This document shows positions 63,701-64,000 of a stretch of DNA of 64,000 nucleotides, piece by piece (position 1 is the first letter of the stretch; each line of letters opens with the position of its first letter). Location: positions 322,332-386,331 of the forward strand of contig JBAZNR010000001.1 of assembly GCA_041649175.1 (NCBI GenBank), given 5' to 3'. The stretch is from Candidatus Omnitrophota bacterium (lineage in GTDB: Bacteria > Omnitrophota > Gorgyraeia > Zapsychrales > JBAZNR01). Both the position numbers and the translations under genes were made by a program. The notes beneath the pieces are model-generated. The model was given only the letters and a program-made list of their open reading frames with translations. It ran no database searches and was not told the origin of the DNA.

Positions 63701-64000
63701 TACCAACATTGTCGTATTCGGTCGATACGGTCATTCTGTTCTTTTTATTAACCTGAAGGAAGCTGATATATTCTTTGACCAAGGCAAGGCCGATTCCGGA
63801 TTTACGATATTCTTTTCGTACGGCAATAAAGTTAAGCTGAGCCTCATCATCCGTCAATAAATACACCAAATAACCGGCAACTTCCTTGCCGTTTTTGGCT
63901 AGAATAAAATTCATTTCAAAAGAAGCTTCGCTGGTAAGTTGAGCATCAGCCCATTCCGTTAACATTCCGTTCCAGTCAAACATCTTTTCCGGCGCTATGC
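1..64000 (-). CDS. Interior of one giant minus-strand ORF (more than 21,000 codons in-window, both termini outside the window). It is a chimeric chain of enzyme- and regulator-like modules, locally frame-disrupted at 21720-21900 and 58742-58801.
   Basis: About 60 hand-decoded 60-nt blocks between 57 and 63960 are all in the same frame (plus-strand codon start divisible by 3), protein-like and stop-free. Contiguous decodes include 31501-33300, 50041-50250 and 21481-21720. Module junctions at 541-600, 20341-20460, 29761-29880 and 31501-31560 have no stop, no ATG and no RBS. The other two minus-strand frames are full of stops. Confidence 0.8.
150..240 (-). other. HTH segment (sigma region 4-like), the last recognisable module before the window start.
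   Basis: Decoded SDRLNLTRAGVIKRAKRLNL at 181-240. NFSEVVINGLPESLGKPGD at 2-58 runs out of the window. Confidence 0.35.
540..602 (-). repeat. Conserved hydrophobic junction motif (protein-level repeat), instance DLNAFAGGLLFGSFFWGTVNA.
   Basis: Decoded codon by codon. Consensus over at least 45 instances: L-[NS]-[AS]-F-x-[GP]-[FL]-x-[PF]-x-x-F-G-x-V. Confidence 0.8.
780..960 (-). other. J-domain (DnaJ-like, HPD motif).
   Basis: Decoded RLKRKVSMLTHPDIGASLAH at 781-840. Manual translation of the preceding residues gives NYYKIARAVFGINPDELHEMEEDYIK. Confidence 0.5.
3100..3985 (-). other. Module: sigma-70 family factor domain (regions 2-4).
   Basis: Decoded ENPKEHWYLEDIAGIFELTKERVRQIVGKKTKELGVKFKKF at 3181-3300 (region 4.2 HTH). 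Region 2-like LTPEEE and TINWIRHRVHDL...RTIRIP blocks upstream are from manual translation, with AINAAKTILGKPVHNL decoded at 3901-3960. Confidence 0.6.
6600..7600 (-). other. Module: PPP-family (calcineurin-like) metallophosphatase.
   Basis: Decoded AQGATKIVLTGDIFGKGK (GDxxDRG-type block) at 7377-7430. Manual translation adds FIGDIEGD upstream and LYGSNEVE downstream (GNHE-like). Confidence 0.5.
8400..8900 (-). other. Module: SAM-dependent methyltransferase (PrmA-like GxGxG fold).
   Basis: Decoded ESKVLVIGPGNGID at 8796-8838. Confidence 0.45.
9000..9950 (-). other. Module: inositol monophosphatase / CysQ / FBPase-family phosphatase-like.
   Basis: Decoded NFGHTNFIWVIDPIDGT (IMPase motif W-[IV]-D-P-[IL]-D-G-T) at 9846-9896. 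Confidence 0.6.
10300..11000 (-). other. Module: HD-domain segment (SpoT-type metal-dependent hydrolase motif).
   Basis: Decoded AVALLHDVLEDY at 10570-10605. Confidence 0.45.
12900..13010 (-). other. HTH segment, sigma-70 region 4-like.
   Basis: Decoded DGQPWSREQIAKYLDV and VSPQRINQIISIFEKPLKAAM at 12903-13008. Confidence 0.4.
14300..16600 (-). other. Module: TPR-like helical repeat region.
   Basis: Decoded GVVYTVGICFQETGHRKEALA at 15361-15420. Nucleotide periodicity and manual translation suggest repeated A-x-x-x-Y-x-x-A-L-x-L-x-P helix pairs. Weak. Confidence 0.3.
20368..20427 (-). repeat. Junction motif instance QLNAFIGGLIPLAFGLVDPS.
   Basis: Decoded at 20341-20460 with flanks YYVDGFKKPADA / KENDLKARVESALEILFERKERLTRGNIA and no stop. 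Confidence 0.8.
21720..21900 (-). other. Frame-disrupted segment 1. About 60 codons read cleanly only in the frame whose codons start at plus coordinates with remainder 2 mod 3. The main frame has 8 stops here (21720, 21735, 21753, 21795, 21813, 21822, 21846, 21897).
   Basis: The shifted frame gives GEETLKALADILKRFIEDNTALAWTYEGRDRRDAYEQEIRRLHRDSPQLELGTVPDLRGF, with no ATG and no stop between 21923 and 21722. The implied +1/-1 indels lie in short runs (minus-strand AAA at plus 21902-21904 and TTTAGG at plus 21719-21724). Confidence 0.7.
21736..21773. repeat. Palindromic element 1: a perfect 14-bp inverted repeat (cagggacagtcccc / ggggactgtccctg) with a 10-nt loop, inside frame-disrupted segment 1.
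   Basis: Read directly. Left arm 21736-21749, right arm 21760-21773. No U-tract follows on either strand. Confidence 0.85.
21897..58742 (-). CDS. Segment B of the giant ORF (about 12,000 codons). The first in-frame ATG after the upstream stop is at 58614-58616, but coding clearly continues from 58740, so the true start is uncertain. It ends at a TGA at 21897-21899.
   Basis: Same frame decoded at many points between 22441 and 58740. The plus-strand triplet 'tca' at 21897-21899 reads TGA on the minus strand. Confidence 0.6.
22965..25400 (-). other. Module beginning with a lipoprotein-like signal peptide (RRKFLQQFAVIVALAAVSGPLLEGCSKK); remainder unassigned.
   Basis: Decoded KFLQQFAVIVALAAVSGPLL and LEGCSKKNPTEPQEEEPLTP at 25262-25380. 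Confidence 0.45.
27495..29080 (-). other. prs: Module: ribose-phosphate pyrophosphokinase (PRPP synthetase, Prs)-like.
   Basis: Decoded VIIVLDDIISTGGTM (PRPP-binding site) at 27690-27750. Manual translation also gives RRFPDGEVEV... and ...VFMPYFAYARQ (the Prs RFSDGE and PYFGYARQ-type blocks). Confidence 0.65.
29082..29160 (-). repeat. Junction motif instance GSISLLNAVIPSFGMVIGYLAKLIKGLLG. Its 3' 30 nt are identical to 29763-29792.
   Basis: Decoded. The DNA string caatcctttgatgagcttcgctaaatatcc occurs at 29082-29111 and again at 29763-29792. Confidence 0.8.
29763..29850 (-). repeat. Junction motif instance QLTALNAVIPTFGMMVGYLAKLIKGLLG (duplicate of the one above).
   Basis: Decoded at 29761-29880. 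Confidence 0.8.
29830..31475 (-). other. Module: polytopic membrane segment of unknown function.
   Basis: Decoded DVAEQELNAFTFGFILPFALFGLVNS at 31475-31555. Manual translation of the remainder shows multiple hydrophobic stretches down to AAAVYVQILSQQQLFIEGNH (30061-30120, decoded). Confidence 0.4.
31550..33320 (-). other. aceK: Module: isocitrate dehydrogenase kinase/phosphatase (AceK)-like.
   Basis: Thirty consecutive lines (31501-33300) were decoded with no stop. They include ...YRDKRAYMIGRI... and the C-terminal ...GRVCCYDYDEIDSILNYNFRDKPKPQDDWESMMDESEWISVSDGDVFPSEL..., which closely resembles the AceK C-terminal region of E. coli ([25 protein letters not shown]...PWYSVSPGDVFPEEF). Confidence 0.65.
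34500..35435 (-). other. Module: L-asparaginase / GatD-like amidohydrolase.
   Basis: Decoded PRPAGIVLTHGTDT at 35103-35145 (asparaginase hinge motif). The upstream VIVLNAGGTINMAGE (TGGTIAG-type) is from manual translation. Confidence 0.55.
37410..39075 (-). other. gpmI: Module: cofactor-independent phosphoglycerate mutase (iPGM, GpmI-like).
   Basis: Decoded QGPLLFIIMDGVGLGS at 38962-39009 (iPGM N-terminal block) and NGITIVTADHGNADEM at 37640-37690 (iPGM C-terminal ADHGN block). Confidence 0.7.
42170..43560 (-). other. Module: tandem LOG-family (Rossmann-fold nucleotide-binding, PpnN/YgdH-like) domains.
   Basis: Decoded LIFFPGGMGTMDMLFEA (the LOG PGGxGTxxE motif) at 42395-42445. An upstream half with GGGPGVMEAG comes from manual translation. 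Confidence 0.55.
46930..47740 (-). other. Module: class I SAM-dependent methyltransferase-like, paralog 1 of 5.
   Basis: Manual translation gives KVLIVGVGRG...FEYHSIN...DLIIMGYCVLSYIPDQ...LLRPGGYLF. HHYVM was decoded at 47325-47340. Paralogs lie at 45420-46185, 44600-45365, 39140-39915 and 36440-37345. Confidence 0.45.
47800..50165 (-). other. Module: receptor-like Hanks-type Ser/Thr protein kinase. An N-terminal domain and a TM segment precede a kinase core at about 48450-49250.
   Basis: Decoded AGWVHGDIKPDNI (catalytic loop HGDxKPxN) at 48675-48710 and IVDFGLSVRKGRPMKGG (DFG) at 48605-48655. Confidence 0.7.
50200..51440 (-). other. Module: secreted-type beta-rich protein ending in a T9SS (Por) C-terminal sorting domain. 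The CTD spans about 50200-50459.
   Basis: Decoded QNYPNPFNG at 50432-50459, the canonical start of the T9SS CTD. Then ...ASGIYFYRLESDQGVSEAKKMQLL, running with no stop into the next module: HSMIFPVFGLVALGMV (50165-50215), EGVLNFDELIKQGWTVYRSGKNTILF (50041-50160). Confidence 0.7.
51520..53825 (-). other. Module: RelA/SpoT homolog, long-form (p)ppGpp synthetase/hydrolase (HD, synthetase, TGS, ACT).
   Basis: Decoded TIIAGLLHSWHISE (HD-domain LLHD-type block) at 53535-53578. The synthetase-like (...GYYAIHVDF...) and C-terminal ACT-like (...IEGIVTVDIERPQ...) segments come from manual translation and were not all re-verified. Confidence 0.5.
56830..58640 (-). other. Module: alpha-glucan (glycogen/maltodextrin) phosphorylase, GT35-like.
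   Basis: Decoded DVWVSMPRPTREACGTSD at 57215-57270, which resembles the GT35 PLP-site block R-P-x-x-E-A-S-G-T-S-x-M-K. The Lys position reads Q here (EACGTSDQR). The remainder is from manual translation. Confidence 0.55.
58722..58815. repeat. Palindromic element 2: a nested hairpin. Outer 13-bp stem agggacgtttctg / cagaaacgtccct (58722-58734 / 58803-58815), inner 12-bp stem cagaactgtccc / gggacagttctg (58744-58755 / 58780-58791), 24-nt apical loop. It shares the GGGACAGT/ACTGTCCC core with element 1.
   Basis: Read directly. A frame TGA at 58743-58745 sits at the foot of the inner stem. Codons 58742-58801 read only in the shifted frame (PQRSELSPNSQAIAQRDSSE), and the main frame resumes at 58740 (EQNRNVPNELSTGERTGLFSF). 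Confidence 0.85.
58743..64000 (-). CDS. Segment A of the giant ORF as a strict gene caller would see it: N-terminal side, 5' end beyond the window, ending at an in-frame TGA at 58743-58745 inside palindromic element 2.
   Basis: The frame is open from 63960 down to 58746. The plus-strand triplet 'tca' at 58743-58745 reads TGA on the minus strand. Confidence 0.6.
58830..59345 (-). other. Module: membrane fatty-acid hydroxylase / sterol desaturase superfamily-like (His-box enzyme).
   Basis: Decoded PVIHALMHI (H-x3-H) at about 59105-59130 and IPAWLMSRYNVRHHRSERA (H-x-H-H) at 59045-59100. Flanking segments are hydrophobic. Confidence 0.5.
59400..60420 (-). other. Module: glycosyltransferase family 9 (ADP-heptose:LPS heptosyltransferase)-like.
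   Basis: Decoded HGIDIYGGNVINILSGQTWG (60001-60060) and VTIDTAIVHAAYLVKTPT (59540-59595), which resembles the GT9 motif T-x-D-S-G-x-x-H-L-A-A-A-x-G-x-P. The rest comes from continuous manual translation. Confidence 0.45.
60508..60548. repeat. 41-nt DNA repeat copy B.
   Basis: See copy A. Confidence 0.8.
61021..61075 (-). repeat. Short in-frame tandem repeat encoding a T/Q-rich run (TKTQRTQETQSTQKTQETQK).
   Basis: Plus strand reads gagtttcttgggtcttttgggttgattgggtctcttgagttctttgggtcttcg, with a period of about 9-12 nt. Confidence 0.6.
63391..63431. repeat. 41-nt DNA repeat copy A (tgattccccaatccagccacggaaagattggaaccattttt), encoding ...SNLSVAGLGNQPA.
   Basis: A 40/41-identical copy lies at 60508-60548 (...SNLSVAGLGNHPA). 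Confidence 0.8.
63560..64000 (-). other. Module: GNAT-family N-acetyltransferase-like, C-terminal part (start beyond the window).
   Basis: Decoded ...NFIAVRKEYRKSGIGLALVKEY... at 63790-63870 (GNAT motif A, R/Q-x-x-G-x-G/A) and TEWADAQLTSEASFEMNFIL at 63901-63960. Confidence 0.5.

Noticed and set aside
1-64000. Hypothesis that this is many ordinary genes in an organism with reassigned stop codons.
   Set aside because: TAA, TAG and TGA are completely avoided in the coding frame but abundant in the other frames, so they behave as real stops. The junctions also lack start codons and ribosome-binding sites.
1-64000. CRISPR arrays, rRNA, tRNA, IS elements.
   Set aside because: No direct-repeat/spacer periodicity, no rRNA- or tRNA-like conserved stretches and no terminal inverted repeats with a transposase ORF were seen. 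The whole window is occupied by the single coding frame.

Overview
Manual translation of both strands shows that this 64-kb window is essentially one enormous minus-strand reading frame. Its codons occupy plus-strand triplets that start at coordinates divisible by 3, and it runs off both window edges. I decoded roughly 60 separate 60-nt blocks spread between coordinate 57 and 63960; every one is protein-like, stop-free and in this same frame. That cannot happen for independent genes. No rRNA, tRNA, CRISPR or plus-strand gene was recognised. All ORFs in the supplied track are short, low-complexity and antisense or out of frame to this coding frame; the track omits the long frame entirely.

The encoded polypeptide exceeds 21,000 residues within the window. 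It is not repetitive adhesin-like sequence. It is a chain of at least 30 different modules, each resembling a normally free-standing enzyme or regulator, fused in frame with no stop or start codons between them. Modules identified from hand-decoded signature motifs are listed below; the feature list adds further, less well supported calls (GNAT, GT9, His-box hydroxylase, J-domain, HD-domain, TPR).
- Regulators: sigma-70 region 4 (one full sigma-70-like module plus other helix-turn-helix segments), RelA/SpoT-like, AceK (isocitrate dehydrogenase kinase/phosphatase), Hanks-type Ser/Thr kinase, PPP-family phosphatase.
- Enzymes: PRPP synthetase, cofactor-independent phosphoglycerate mutase (iPGM), L-asparaginase-like, tandem LOG/PpnN-like, GT35 alpha-glucan phosphorylase-like, inositol-monophosphatase (IMPase), five paralogous SAM methyltransferases.
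- Secretion-type elements: a type IX secretion system C-terminal sorting domain (T9SS CTD) and a lipoprotein-like signal peptide, both internal to the frame.

Nearly every module boundary carries a variant of one conserved hydrophobic Gly/Phe/Pro-rich motif of about 20 residues, with at least 45 instances. This suggests a polyprotein-like precursor with recurring membrane or processing sites.

Two related GC-rich palindromic DNA elements (21736-21773 and 58722-58815) sit inside the frame. Each coincides with a short frame-disrupted stretch bracketed by compensating +1/-1 shifts in short homopolymer runs.

Limits: translation was done by hand, and only the coordinates named in the evidence fields were decoded codon by codon. 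Module boundaries are approximate to about 100 nt. Further small frame disruptions hidden inside undecoded stretches cannot be excluded.
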